A DNA stretch of 64,000 nucleotides from Lama glama. Lineage: Eukaryota. The stretch is taken from the NCBI GenBank assembly GCA_028534125.1, contig CM052817.1, positions 31,746,001 to 31,810,000 on the forward strand. The letters are read 5' to 3'. Position numbers and translations under genes: made by a program. Position 1 is the first letter of the stretch. Every line of letters starts with the position of its first letter. Under the pieces are notes generated by a model. That model worked only from the letters and a program-made list of their open reading frames with translations. It was not told the origin of the DNA and ran no database searches. Below, in pieces: positions 49,817 to 64,000 of the stretch.

Positions 49817-50167
49817 CTACACAGAAATAAAATGCCCATGTTTGACTCAACTATTTCAACATAAACAGATCAATAGCGTATCTATACTGACATTTTTTAC
49901 AAACAACCAAAAAACAGCATAAGAAGAAAGATTACTTGGCATAAGGTAAATGTTACAAAAATCAAATGTCTATTTTTTTTTAATCAAGAGATTTCACTTT
50001 ATTGGAAACAAGTCTCTGAGGAGACTACTGGAAAGCTTATCTCTATTTTAAATACAGATCTGCTTTCTTTTAAAACCACCACTTCCCCCTTCCCCCTCAT
50101 GATTATAAAATATGCCCTCTTTGAAAGCTCAGAAAATACAAAAATGGTTTTTAAAAGTCACATGTCA

Positions 50168-50216
50168 CAGAAAAGAACACAACGTAAATCAGCTATACTT
50201 CAATAAAAATTTAAAA
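50168..50216 (+). mobile_element. Extremely 5'-truncated L1 3' end
   Basis: aacacaacgtaaatcagctatacttcaataaaaa plus A tail. Imperfect TSD aaaagtcacatgtca (50153-50167) and aaaaatcacctgtca (50217-50231). Confidence 0.65.
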
Positions 50217-51379
50217 AAAAATCACCTGTCATCTCACCACTCAGATTTAATTAATGTCTATTAACATTTTAGTGTTTTTTTCAATGTATATTGTTAACTG
50301 TGCTTCAATAAAGTGCTTTTGCAAATATTCAGAATAAGTAACAACTTCAGAGATAAAGATCTATTTAGTGGTTACTGTAAATCTGGTGTACAATATTCCA
50401 AAATTTATTTCAGTACAATTCCATGATGACCCAAAACTGGGTGTATATTTATTTGGCTTTGTGAAGTGTTTTGAATTTGTATTTGAATATAAGATTCAAG
50501 TTCATTTGCATGTCATATAAGTCCCCTTATGACCTGGCTCCTGTTTATCTCCCCAACTTCAACTTCCACCACTCCCTCCTGAACTTCACACTACAAAAAA
50601 GTCGAACGCGTTCCCCAAGTATAGGTGCCTTTAAGGACCTATGTGTCAGCACGTGTCACCTCCTTTACATGGAATACGCACCAGCAAAGCCCTAATCACC
50701 CTGAACACTGCCTCAAGACTCCAAGGACGCCTTTTCTGATACCACCACCACCCCTGGTCAATTATACTTGGACATTTACCATGTGATGGTGATTTGTCTC
50801 CCCCTGCTACACAAGAGTCCCTGGACCATGTGTGATTCATCTCTGTTCCTCTAGTATTATCTCCAGTGCTTACACAGAGCAGGTATGCAGGAATTTTTTG
50901 ATGAAACAAATTGAAATTAAGTATTTGGTATATATCAAATGTTCTGAGAATCCATAGCACTGCTTCAAACAAAATAATTGTTACCCCATCAATTTGTGAC
51001 TTGGAAGAATAGCAAAGCTCAGTTTCTCTACCATATTCCCATGCTGTGTACTCCACGCTAGAAACTCTCAGGTGATATTAACTAGAACATTAGCAATAAA
51101 CATACTTTCCGTTTAAAAACAATAACCAGTAAGCTTTGGATAAATTCTAATACCAACACTAAACCCCCTCAATTTTTAAAATTTTATATAATTCTAATCA
51201 ATTAAAATGTGAGTAGCTCTCCAATTGTTATCTTTCTCTACTCTCCCACAATACTGGATCAAAAACTTTCATCTTGAAAAATTACTGCTCTGGCTTGTGA
51301 AAGACCATTTCAATGGCACCAAAGCCACCAAGAGTGGGCTCAGGTGCTGGAGGAAAAAAAAAATTTGAGGTCCATCCCT

Positions 51380-52457
51380 AAAATGTTGGGCTTCTCAGAT
51401 CTCGGCTTATTTCAGTCTTGTTTTCTCTTCCATGATATCAACCGCCCACCTATTTAACAATAAAAATCCCTAATTTTTTTCCCCTTCTGCCCAAGTTTTC
51501 CTCTAAAACTTCAGATCTCTTCAGATAATAGGCACCTCCGTCAATGCTTCTTAGTCACTTCTGAGTCAATGTACCCAAGGGTGAGCTTATCGCGCCCTCC
51601 TTCCCCACTAAGATCTGTTCTCCCAGAATCTCTGTTCTCTTTGAATGGTACCAACATCCACCAAGATGTCAAAGCAACTGTCCTTGATGTCTCCTCCTCA
51701 CTTAGCACCTTCTCTCCTTCCCATTAAATCTCCTCAATTACTTTCTCAGACTTTGAAAACCATCACTGCCTTCTGTTTCCTCTGCAATTGCCTAGGGACA
51801 CAGTCCAACATTATCTTTTTCTCTAATTATTCTAACAGATTCCTTAATGATTCCTCACCACCACCCTATCTGTCTCCTATCCTGTTGCCAGAGTGATATT
51901 CCTAAAATGCAAATCCTAGTATTTCCTATTCTAGCTAAAAATCCTTTAAGAGCTTTTACTGCTTCAAGATAAAGCCGTCTTGTTACTATGTCAGATAAGG
52001 TCCATATGACCCTGCTGTTACCCATGCCTCCAGCCTCCTCTCTCATCACACTCTACCTCCAACCTCTGTACTCTGTGCACAAGGTATGCCATACTAACGG
52101 AAGTTTCCAGAGCACTGTGCACACTTACAAGCCTTCATTCACACATGCCTCTGCTTCTTGGGTTAATCTCCCCTCCCCAAACTTCCATACATGCCTGTCT
52201 AAGGTCACTTATTTTTCAACATTCAGCTCAGATCAGGTTAGAGGTACATGCTATATAGTCCTATAGTGCTTTCAACTTCCAGCCAAAGCACTTGTCACAG
52301 TGCTTATTTGCCTGTCTGCCTAAGAGGCTGTAGGTGCCCGACAGTAGGCTTTCTCCCCCCCCGCCCCTGTTTTCATAGCACCTGTCACAGCATCCACTGC
52401 TGAGTATGAGCTCAGTCAACGCCTGCTGAATGACAGAATGAATAAATGAACAAATGA
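51380..52457 (+). mobile_element. L2 remnant, approximate bounds
   Basis: tgaatggtaccaacatccacc...gccagagtgatattcctaaaatgcaaatc...tgagtatgagctcagtcaacgcctgctgaatgacagaatgaataaatgaa. Confidence 0.65.
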
Positions 52458-52491
52458 AAATTTCTAATAGACCACCCGTATCAACCTCTCA

Positions 52492-52704
<213 letters not shown>

Positions 52705-55233
52705 TTAAAAAATAATAGATGCATGAACATTACAAATACATATTTCACTGAGAACAAAAATTTAGTGTATACTGTAGACAATGAAAATACTATTTCTATA
52801 AAAACTCTCATAAATTATTCATTTTTACTTTGAGATCCTTAACAGAGGGTCTGAGTTGCAAAAGGAAAGAAAGTAAGTTATTACTTGTACTGTTAGATTT
52901 GAGACATCATACACATAAGAATGCTGTCAACTCAGAATATTTTACATTTTCCCCAAAAAGTGATTTATAAGTAGTATTAATTTATAAAGTCTAATACAGC
53001 AATCTGGCAGCAGTGGTAAACAAAGGGGTTTACCTTTTTATGTGAACTCTAGATGAATGAAGTGTATGGCTTTAAGACTCTAAACTTTAAACGTTTTAAG
53101 TCTTGAAGATAAACATTTTTTAATGCATACTTCCTTTTAAAAAAAGGAAATATTAAAATAAAAATATTAAAGTACTAAAAAAATTTAGATTTTTCTTAAT
53201 GACCCAAGGCCCAAGTAACAAGTCCAAGTGCCGTGCTAACAGACACTCTCCGTGACGCCTGAGTTGCACACGGTGAGCTCTTCCCCCTCACGTGTGGTGG
53301 CTCTGTTTTTGAGCTATTTTTCTGCTTCTTAGTTTTGTATATTTCTACCAATATATTTCAGGAATAGTTTATATGAAAGACGTGTATGTGAAGAGGAATT
53401 GATGTCTAATACAGAATTTAGAATATTTTTCTTCTACCATCTACTGAAAAAAATCATACAAAAAATGACTTTTTTACTTACTATGGTACCAAAATCACAT
53501 CTCAACCTTGTTTTATACATATCGTTTCACAGCTAACAGTTCTGAGCAGGAGGAAATACTACCAAAAAAAAGGAAGTAAAAAATGTTTGGCAGAACTGAG
53601 TTATCCAATTTAGTTAATAATACCTTGAGATGATGACACCCAAAGCACAAAATATTTAATAATAATAAAAATGTCCATATGATTTAAATTAGGTATTAAG
53701 CACGTCGTCGTAGAAAACAGTTTACTTTTAAAAAAGTTAGACTAAGTAGGAATTATCATCCTTTTTTTCTTACAGAAATAATTAGGACCTCTGGGCCTTG
53801 CAAAATGCTAACCTCTTCAGGGATGTATCCATAAATTATATTGGTAGTTGGGTTCTACATGTAAAAGAATGTCAAGAGTTCAAGTCTGTAGAATGTTTAA
53901 TGTCTGAATAAAGCAGAAGTCACTAACTGGGATGGCCTATCAGCTAAATATGACCTTGGTTCACCCAACATTTAAAAATAAATTTGAATAGAAAGTTGAG
54001 ACAACACATTTAAAATGAGGCGATTTTAGAGAAAAATCCAGATTTCTAGCTTCTCTACATAAATTAGAAAATAAAAATTAGAAGTTCTGGCCCTCCTGGG
54101 TCTGTACTCCAACATCGCAACCATTACAGGAAGCTCAGTTGTGCTGTTCCTTTCAGACAGGAAAATGCAGTTCACTTCGTCATGAATCCATGCCCTCCTA
54201 TGGTCATTTGCTTGTCCAGTAGGTACATAAAAAAGCCTGTGGTTCTGAACAAAAGCAATGTATCTATGTTTCACAAATTAGTAATTCAATATGCTATGTA
54301 TTTCTGTGGGAGAGCTGGCAACTATTTGATGAGTTAAGTTCTTTAAGCCTTAAGAAAAAAAAGAGAAAAGTGGTTTAGAAAAAATACATAATTGTCACTT
54401 GGTGGAGTCTTACTCATTGAGAGATAAAATAGAGAAACTAAACAGGGTTACCAAAGAAGTTTATGTTTTTTGAATATTTGCAATCACTGATTTTCAAGGG
54501 AATCTAAAAAATAACCCAGATTACCCAACAAAATATCAAAAAACATTTTAATATAGTTTTGTGACTTATTGGAAATGGACTAGAACACAAACTCATTGCT
54601 AGCTGAGTATTTCCATTTGTAAGATTTGCTTCAGTGAATGCAAAAATAACGAGTAGAAACAGGTTTGCATTTGTTAAGGCTCCCAAATAGTTTGCTCTCT
54701 TTGATTAGCTGTAGGTACAATACTGATCTGCTCCTCATGACCTTTCTTCAAAAATCAAAAGTGAAACTCAGTACAGACCAGACTGACTTATCATTTATAC
54801 TTAAACCAAGTCTGATTTTCTACCTTCTAAATATCTGGCACTTTTTACCAGACACAGAAAGCAACTATAAAATGCAGACTTATCGAAGAGCCTCTTTTTC
54901 TAAAAGTAGTATTTGTTCATTATGTAGAATTTGATTAAAAACAGAAAGGAACAGAGTCATAATCACACTGTCCAGAGAAGGTGACGGCTGCCCTCTGTGC
55001 ACCTTCCTTCCAGGCACTGCTGAAATGAGTATTTGTAGATGCAATCGTTAAAAATCAAAATCAGGAATCAGACCGATTCTGCTTTTTGTCACTAACACCG
55101 AGAACAAGTTCCCATGTCGTAAATCTTCCTGGAAACGTGATTTATGCACTAACCACTCCCACCACTCTTAGACAACATTTAAGACGTTTCTGATTTTTTA
55201 TGATTATGAGTTGTTTTGAGACGAATACTTCTA

Positions 55234-55398
<165 letters not shown>

Positions 55399-56534
55399 CT
55401 AAAAGTCATATTAAAAAGTACACTTTAATCAGGTTAAAGAAAATTCAACAGTATTTACATTAGTGATGTTGAAAACCGTAACAGATTTAACCTGAGTTTA
55501 TGGTTAGATTATTAGAAATACAGAGAATAATGAAGGTAAAGTAAAAGGTGATGTCTATTATTGTTACTTGTCTTTGCTTCAGAAAGGAAAATTAGACGGA
55601 TTATTTTCCATCTTAATCTCACTGTTTTCTTTTATATCCTTAACTAATTTAGTTGAACATCATTTATTTTAGGTTAAGAGAAAAACCGCTGTAACCATCA
55701 TCATCAAAGAATGACTACCCCCACGCCATTCACATCAGTCACTTAAACTACGCATGTGATTCAGCCAAGTTTCCTAACCAATCTGAGCCTGATTTTTAAG
55801 AATAAAATAGTGATACCACATACCTCATAGAGTTTGTAAGACAGTTAAGTTATATAGCGTAGCTTTAAATACATGTAACTAATATTAGTACTGTTGTTAG
55901 TAATAATTTGAGAATTATTAATAATACAACAAGGATAACTTACATTAATAAGAGTAACATTTGGGGCAAAGCATTCTCTTTACGGACTGGAAATACACTG
56001 CCCGTATGTGGTACCCAATAGGCTGCACTGTGCCAGTGGCAGGCTTTAGAATCCCGTGATTGGGTCGTCAGGGAAAATTAGCATTACTTTAGTGGTGAGC
56101 TGGTCTAAGCCTCTTAAATTCAAAGCTGATTAAAAACGTTAGACCTGGCTTTGTATTGGCTCTTGTCCTAAAGGTACAGGTGTAAGATAAACCTAGAGAG
56201 ATTCATCCAGGTTAGGAAGCTACCAGGCAGAGTTTCAGTGTTGCCTGACTTAAGTGTAAAGTTGATGGGAGCAAACCTACCAAAACCAACATCTTAAAAA
56301 TTCACACCAGTCCTGAAGCACTTTATGATGGTTGCCACCAGTGACTTAGCTAAGTTAAACAGTGCTATGAGCAATATTGAAAATGTTTATTGAGCCACGA
56401 GGTCAACTTTTTAAAAACGAGGGTATCACTTTAATCATAAGCTGACTAGGAATTTCTCCCTTTTGAGAGTCTGTGGCTCTCTACTGAGTAATTTACTTTC
56501 CTAGGCATGAAGCCACTTCTTCAATGAAAAAACA

Positions 56535-56734
56535 CAGTCAACACTTGAACAACACAGGTTTGAACTGTGCAGGTGTGTTTATACTGAGGTTTTTTTTCAG
56601 CAGTGAATACCACTGCTCGCCATGATCCACCGCTGGCTGATCACCGATGTGGAGGGCTGAATGTGAGTTATATGTGGGTTTCCGACTGCAAAGAGGGTTG
56701 GTGCCCCAATCCTGCATCGTTCAAGGGTCAACTG
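56535..56734. mobile_element. TcMar-Tigger MITE (MER8-like)
   Basis: Imperfect terminal inverted repeats: cagtcaacacttgaacaa on the left and tcgttcaagggtcaactg on the right. TA follows the right end. Confidence 0.8.
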
Positions 56735-57177
56735 TATTAACTTTTTACGCTGTTCTAGGACAGATTTTAAAATTCCATTTGCCCCCCAAAATCATAGTTT
56801 AGATTAGGAAGCAAATATATCATAAAAATAAAGAGTTGCCCAGCAGAAATGACTCTGCATGCTGCATTTTTTAATTCTAGAAAGGATTTCAAAGACAAGA
56901 ATTAATTTTGCTAAGAAACAAAAATGATAACCATTCTCTAGGATCAAGACCACGGGGAAATAAAAACCCATTTTCCATTTGAAATGAAGGCAAGGTTTAT
57001 ATTATTTTGAGTTTATATCAGTTAAGGACAGTGAATGAAGAAATAAACACTGAAAATGAACAACAACAACAAAAAACCCTTTATAAAAATTTCCTTTACA
57101 CTTGAAAGATATTATCTATATTTTTTCTTTAAAAAAAGGGATTATCTATTTTACTCTCAAAGACAATTTGAACGTTA

Positions 57178-57438
<261 letters not shown>

Positions 57439-58497
57439 CTAAAAAACAAATACAATAATTTCATTCACTTTAAAGGCATTTAAGTTTAAACTTGATTTTA
57501 TATTAACTGTACTTGTTTAATGAAATAAGTTCAAGATGTATGTTGAAGCGTTAATGCATTTTATTTCACTACAGTAGAGAAGTTAAACAGAAGAGGAAAA
57601 AAGCTCAAGGCATTCTAAAGAGAATAACTTAGATAACACAGAAGGATGATTAATTATTCAAGCATTTCCATGGGTGTTAAAGAGTATGGCTTTTTTTTTT
57701 TTTAATAGCCACATGCTCTGTAAAAGTGTCTTTGGTAAAAATCCAAACGTTTTTGTAAACCCTATGTATCATTTTGTAACTTTTGTAAAAAGAGTTCCGT
57801 TTTGTAAAATCAATGTATGGTTCTTTGCACAATAACTTAACAGGCAGACTCAACCTGGGAATCCTCGGCGGGGTTCAGAGCTGCTGTGCTGAAGAAGAGA
57901 TGCTTTATAGCATCAAGCTGTTCCAAGTATCTCACTAGAGCAGTCAACTGCATGGAGCCTCAACAAGTGTGATGTATTCTAAGGACTTCACTGGAGCACC
58001 AAAAACTCTTGAGTCCTGTACCTCCAATGAATGGCGGTCGTCAGGGTGGACCCCCAAACTGCTCCTCAGGAAATCACCTAACGCTCTTAAGGTCCTTGGC
58101 CAACCATTTACAGGCTCCTACAAAGTATACTGACTTCCTAGAGTTTACTTGATACAGTACTACAGAATCTGAATCAACAAATGTTTGGGAGGATCTTACT
58201 GACCAAATGCACCTTCTTAGTATGTCTGTTCCCTGACTTACTGGTGAGGATGTCTCTTAACCTCTTCCAGCGGACACCTGAACAAGGCAGAACTGGAAAA
58301 GGGCCATGCAAGACAGACCCTCATCTATCATAAAAGACTAGCCTCGTTGAAATTTCTCTTAGTTTTCCTTTCTTCATTTTCCTCACTTATTTTTCCATCT
58401 TATTGATGTTTTATATTTTTTCAAACTGCCTAGAGCATTTGATAGAGTATTACCTTTAAAAAATATGTATTTTCAAATTTCAGATGAATATAACTGA

Positions 58498-58551
58498 TTT
58501 TTTTTTTTAATTGAAGTACAGTCAGTTACAAAGTGCCAATTTCTGGTGTAG
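58498..58551 (-). mobile_element. Short L1 3'-end fragment (antisense)
   Basis: T-run followed by aattgaagtacagtcagttacaaagtg...tttctggtgta, the reverse complement of the L1 terminus also seen at 9370 and 50168. Confidence 0.65.
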
Positions 58552-60799
58552 TTTTACTTTGATTTACCACGCGGACATCATCACTGGATGGGCCCAAGAT
58601 ATGAAGGCATGCAATGGTGTGCAGAGACTAACATAGCACCTTAGAAGTTACTTTATACAGTCATTAAAAGCAGCTGATTTCATGCATTAGCCTTTTATCC
58701 ATAAAACAGACACCAGGAAGAAAAAAGAAAAAGTTGGTTTGTATTTCTTATTTGTATTTCAAAATATAATAATTTATCATACTATTTTAAAAGCTGCATA
58801 ATTTTTCAATTTCACAATCTGTTATTCTTCAACAAAAAATTTTATAGTTCAAAGTAAATTCTTTATTCTTATTCTGAAGAATAAGACATTCTTATAGAAT
58901 TCTTATATCCTTAAAGCATATTTTTATAAAGAATGATTTATAAAAAACTGTTTCTAAAAAGGAGGAAAGTTCTTTGGAATATATGCTGTGCAATTTTTTA
59001 AATAAAGCAAATGGCTTAGATTTAATTTTGGAATTTTGGAATTACCAGGTTAAAATTCAAGCCAAATAGAGTATGTTTTATAACAAACCTGAGCATACTG
59101 TTTTTGCCATAATGAACAGCAAGAAAGGACAGTATTTGTCCTAAGTGTTCCCTCATTTTGAAATTCTGCGCTCTCCAAGGGCACAGACAGTAGAAACAGC
59201 AATATTTGCATAATGAGGAAGCACATAATGGCAGAAAATTACTCTCAGCAGTTTAAGTGAGAGAATAATTAAGGAATCAATTTAGTTCACATCCTGCAGG
59301 TTGCTGAAAGTGCACAGAGGGAACCTTTGTGTGCTGCTCACCAGGAAGAAACAGACTGAACAACAGTTTATGACTCACAGAAAGCCATATATTTGATTTC
59401 TTAAAAACAGAAAAGATAGTTGGGAGTTTCCTGTGCTTTGCCTCGGTCATGACAGCAGAGGCTTGGCGCTCAAGGGGCTTCCACAGCAGCCCTCTGGCCA
59501 CGCTGTGCCCTCAGCCGTCCCAGCGTCTAGCCAGCTCCTCCCCACACTTCAGCTGCCAGTCTTAAATGCTCCTACTTCCCTTATTAGGGGACTTCTTTTT
59601 ATTTTCTTGAAATCCTCAAGTAAGTCAATATATTTTTTTCCCCTTATAGTTTCTTTCCTAGATTTCTGGTAGACAAAAATAAAATCCTTGTTTACATTTT
59701 CTAATGGTGTGTCATTAGAATATTAAAATAAAAGTCACTTTAATAAATTATTTTAAAAATCACTTTTAGACCTCATTAATGCAAATACACGTTGTTTAGT
59801 TTTCAAAGGCAAACCATCATCAAAACTGAGATGCGTTTCCATTAACTGTAATAATGGTTCTTCTTTTTAAAGACATGCTTATAAAATGCTTAAGAATCTC
59901 TCCGTATCTATTTAGAAATTTAAATAGGGATGATTCAATAGCATATTTTATTAAATATTGTCTTGTCATTTATTAAACATTATCTATCCAGATAATGAAA
60001 ATGTCCTTACTCTTGTTACTGTGTATGCGATTAATTGGGTTGGCAGTATTTTTTCACTGCGTCAGCACCCAGAGATAAACTTGCACTTATCAGTGGTGAA
60101 GTTTGGGCCATGCAGAGGTGGGTGTTTTACCTGGCTTTCTACAAGTTTGCTCTTCCATTTAGTGCTGTGCTAATTGCTAACTGAATCTCAGGTTTGGGAA
60201 AAAAAAAAAAAGCGTATATAAAAGGCTCTTTCAGAGACTTTTACTCGCTTGGTCCCTTCTGTTGCAAACTTCTCTGAAGTTTCTCCTGGTGCTTTAGCTG
60301 GGTTATCTCACTTACACTGCTGTTGAGTCCCTCCTCCAGTTCACCTAATTTCCTGTTGCACGTATATTACTCATAAATTTATATAACTCCTTCTTGCAAC
60401 TGTCTATGATTTCAGCCTGAAAAGTCTTTCTTACAGGACTCAATCTGACAAAATAAATAAATAAATACATAAAATGAAATTAATTAAGAATTAATTTTAA
60501 GTAGAAGGCAAGGTATTTGCTATTTCTTTATTGTTCTTAAAAGAGGAAATTACTAAAAATATAAAATGTCGAAGTCATATTCTTTTACAATTAAGATTAG
60601 GAGCTATAAACCTCTTAAACAAATGTTAACAGCTGATTTAAAAAGAGCTACAAACCTGTTTCAGAAATGTAGGATGGGAGAGAAAGAGCCAAATGAGGAA
60701 GAAAAAGAGTGAAGGGAGCAGACAGAGAAGTTGAAGAGAATGTTAAGAGGAAAAAGGCAAACATAAAGGGAGACAGAATTTCCAGAATCACAAAATATA

Positions 60800-61155
60800 T
60801 TATGCCCTCTTCTTCCTCAGGGCCTTTGCACATGTGACTTCTCCTTAGGCAATTTCCACCCTCGGCCCTGCTCTTGTTTCTCAGCCAGGGATCATACTTT
60901 TGGTTAGTCTTATTCAGCCTTTAAGTCAGCTTAGTCATGACTTCCTTCAGGCAGACTTTTGCTTTATGTGTCCCTAAAATATTCTGCCCTCCCACTGGAA
61001 AGTCACCAGACTCGATGGTGACTGTCTACTTATTTGACTGCACCCCCACTCTAAGGCCCACAGGGCTAAAAATTCTATCTCCTTTGCTTATCTTTGTATT
61101 TCCAGCACCTGATCCGGTGCTCAGTACATACTTGGTACTAAATAAATGAATGACT
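60800..61155 (+). mobile_element. L2 3' fragment
   Basis: cctcagggcctttgcacatg...atctttgtatttccagcacct...gtactaaataaatgaatga. Confidence 0.65.
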
Positions 61156-61417
61156 TGGAAACTGACAAACAGGTAGAAAGTAAAGTAGGGAAACGGAGCA
61201 GAAAAAGACTCAGACTCAGAGGAGTGTTACTCTAAACAAATAATTTTATTCACTGTGGCTTGAGCACTTGTAAGTTACATCATTACTATATTACTTCTTT
61301 ATATGCATAAAAAAATAAAAATTTAGATGCAAAATTCACATAGGAAGTGACAGTAAAAGGATTTCTAAGAGAGTCCCCCCTTAAGATAAACTCCAGGGAA
61401 ATTTCCCTCCAGTGTTA

Positions 61418-61573
<156 letters not shown>

Positions 61574-61829
61574 TTATTGCACATAATTTTAAAAATTAAC
61601 TTTTTTTAATGGCTCACAGAAACCATTTTCTTTTTATTTCCTGGAGTACTTGATCTTCTAAAAATATTTTTTTGTTTTGCTTTTACCAAAGAATTTAAGT
61701 TACTTCACATATTGAGAAAATCATAACTGTTGGTGGAAAAGCAGAAATTAGTAGGTTTCAAAACAAATGATTAGTTTACATTTCACTACATTAAAAAGCG
61801 AAGAGTTGGTGCAATTCTATTGACATCAC

Positions 61830-62437
61830 CTGACAACTGGGAAGGATCCACCAGCGTGTGTTTGGAGACAGCAATGAGTTTACTCAGGAGGTGCACGGTC
61901 ATTTCTTGTGTGGATACTGAGGTAAAACCCTTAAGGAAGAGCTGTTGAAGGCCTGGGAAATTATTCCACTTCAGTTTGCTTTGTACGTTTTCAATCTTCT
62001 CTCGACTCTCTGATTTATCCAAAGGCAAGTGGATCAGCAGTTTGTTGAGAAGCCTGAGAGCCAGGAGGTATTCGTATTCGTAATCTGACTCTAATAAAGA
62101 TGCTGCTATCCAAAAAATGGTGGCCATCAAGTTGGCAGGCTCAGTAGTGGACTGCACATCATACACTGCTTTCTCTCTCAGAGAGGAAAGGCTTCTAGTC
62201 CTCGCTAAACTACTGCTATGGTTTATCCGTCCATCCATTATATCCAGTGTGTTACTCCGCCGCCGGTCACCTCTTCGGTCACCAATTAAACTTAATCTCA
62301 AAGAGTTACTTCTTGTATTACTGTTATATCCCAAATAACTGCTACTATTAATGGGACTTGTGCTTAAATTGAGTTGTCCAGTGCTTTTCCTGTTAGCTGC
62401 ATACTTGTTTCCCATTATAGGATCATGGTATGAGGTT
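61830..62437 (-). CDS. FRYL: FRYL coding exon (most 5' exon in the window; the gene continues beyond 64000)
   Basis: ttcttaaaaag|A TSYHDPIMGNKYAANRKSTGQLNL...IFWIAASLLESDYEYEYLLALRLL...FPGLQQLFLKG...VDPSQLS G|gtgatg; 608 nt. Furry/MOR2-PAG1 family C-terminal region. Confidence 0.95.
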
Positions 62438-64000
62438 CTTTTTAAGAAAAAGAGAAAGAAAGAAAGAAAAAAGATGAATCCATGCAAATCATTTTTTAGC
62501 TACATTAATTGTACTCCTGAAAACGCTGAAAAGGGTAACTGTTACCAGGAAAAATCACTTCTAAGTATATTGGACTTTGCTTAATTAAATTTCAGTTCTT
62601 TCCTCCGTGTTGCAATGTACAACAGTATCTTTTCTACTGTGGCCAATTGTTTCCTTTGGGTTGGATGAGGTTTGATTTCAAGTGAAATTTCTGCTACAGT
62701 TATCACTGATAACTTTTAGCTTTGGGATTTAGTAAACATTATATCCCAAGCAGGCTTCCTTTGTCTTAACCCCAGAGCTGATGGTCCTGGGGTCCCTATT
62801 TCTGTCAATTCACACTCTTTCCAGAAGAACCAAGCTCAAAAATTTTATTTTTGATTTCTCTTTCTCCTTCTCCCTCACATCCATTTATCATTGGTTAAAA
62901 AATAATTACAGAATACTTTCTACATGTGCCAGCAGTATGTAAAATGCTAGGAATATTAGGTAAAGTCCATGTAAATGGACAAATTACAGCCTGTTAGTTG
63001 CTGTCATTAAAATATAAAGAAAACACTGTGACAATCCAAAGGATGGAGTAATTAGCTTTACCCCGGGGCAGGCAGAAATGTTTAGCTAGGAGGTGATACT
63101 GAGACGGGACTTAAAGGAGAAACCAATTCGGGATTTGCAAGGAAGATAAAGTTCGAAGAGAGGCTGGTCCAGGGAGAAGGAACAGTACGTGGAAGGTGTG
63201 AGCTTTGAGGTGCCTGGCCTGCTGGGGGCACAATGGGATGCTGAGTGTGGCAGGAACAGAGCCCGTCACTGAGGCTGAAGCCAAGCAGCACAGCAGAAAG
63301 CGCTCTGGACAGGATGTAAGAGGGGCAGCACTGCCACTTCCTAGCCCTGTGACTCGTCACGTGTCCTCACCGTCTGGGGCTCATTTCCCACTGGTAATCC
63401 ATCTGAAGTTTGGGGTATTATTCTCACCACCAATATTAGCACAATACACTATTATACATATTTAGCTATTGAAGGTCTATATACAAATCTACTGGTTGCC
63501 TAGTTTTAAACTCTTACTGAGAAAGGGCAGAAAGAAGATCATAATGCTTCATGGTTTCAGCCAAAGTATCAATTGCAGATTCCAACGTGAGAAGAAGCTC
63601 AATCACAAATCCCTAGAAGAAAGGCAGATTTTAATTAATTATGCTCTGGAAAGAAGAAATTGCAACACACTTCCTGATGAGATTTTAAAATAGAACAAAC
63701 TCCACATTAATATTACAAAGTAATTAAACTCTTGAGCAACACGATCTTGCTGATTGACCAAAATGCATCAAACTAATGGTAGAAATTGATTATAATGGCA
63801 CCCAAAATTGCTTAGACCAGAAATCTAGGAGCCACCCTGTTGCTTTCCCTCACATCAACTGAAACCATCACGAAGTCCTAAAAATATTACTTAAAAAATA
63901 TATCCTAAACCCAACTTCTTTTCCCTACCTCCACAGCTTTCCTTTAATCCAAACTGACATCATTTCGGACTGGACTCCTACAAACAGCCTCTTAACTGAC

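Overview
This is mammalian genomic DNA with introns, most likely from a camelid, since it carries tRNA-Ala-derived SINEs resembling the camelid Vic-1 family. It is the conserved SLC10A4 - ZAR1 - FRYL locus. SLC10A4 (+) has 3 coding exons from 5366 to 10434 and reconstructs to 439 aa. ZAR1 (+) has 4 coding exons from 11772 to 15718 and reconstructs to 393 aa with a 12-Cys C-terminal zinc-binding domain. The 3' part of FRYL (-) has 18 phase-consistent exons from 62437 down to the stop at 20893 (about 1112 aa), plus two frame-preserving microexons (ELQ, 9 nt; QMEILA, 18 nt) that the ORF track misses. All exon boundaries were checked by hand for GT-AG and reading-frame continuity. The rest is introns and intergenic DNA with two CpG islands, SINEs, L1/L2/MIR remnants, MaLR LTRs, DNA-transposon MITEs and microsatellites. 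Repeat family names and repeat boundaries are recognised by eye and approximate. I found no evidence of a wholly new biological system. The best leads are the two FRYL microexons, a GC/CpG-enriched ancient L2 with GC3-rich neighbouring exons (possible GC-biased gene conversion), a hairpin masking the ZAR1 poly(A) signal, a cryptic in-frame 60-nt exon downstream of ZAR1, and a Pro in a normally Arg position of a conserved ZAR1 motif.
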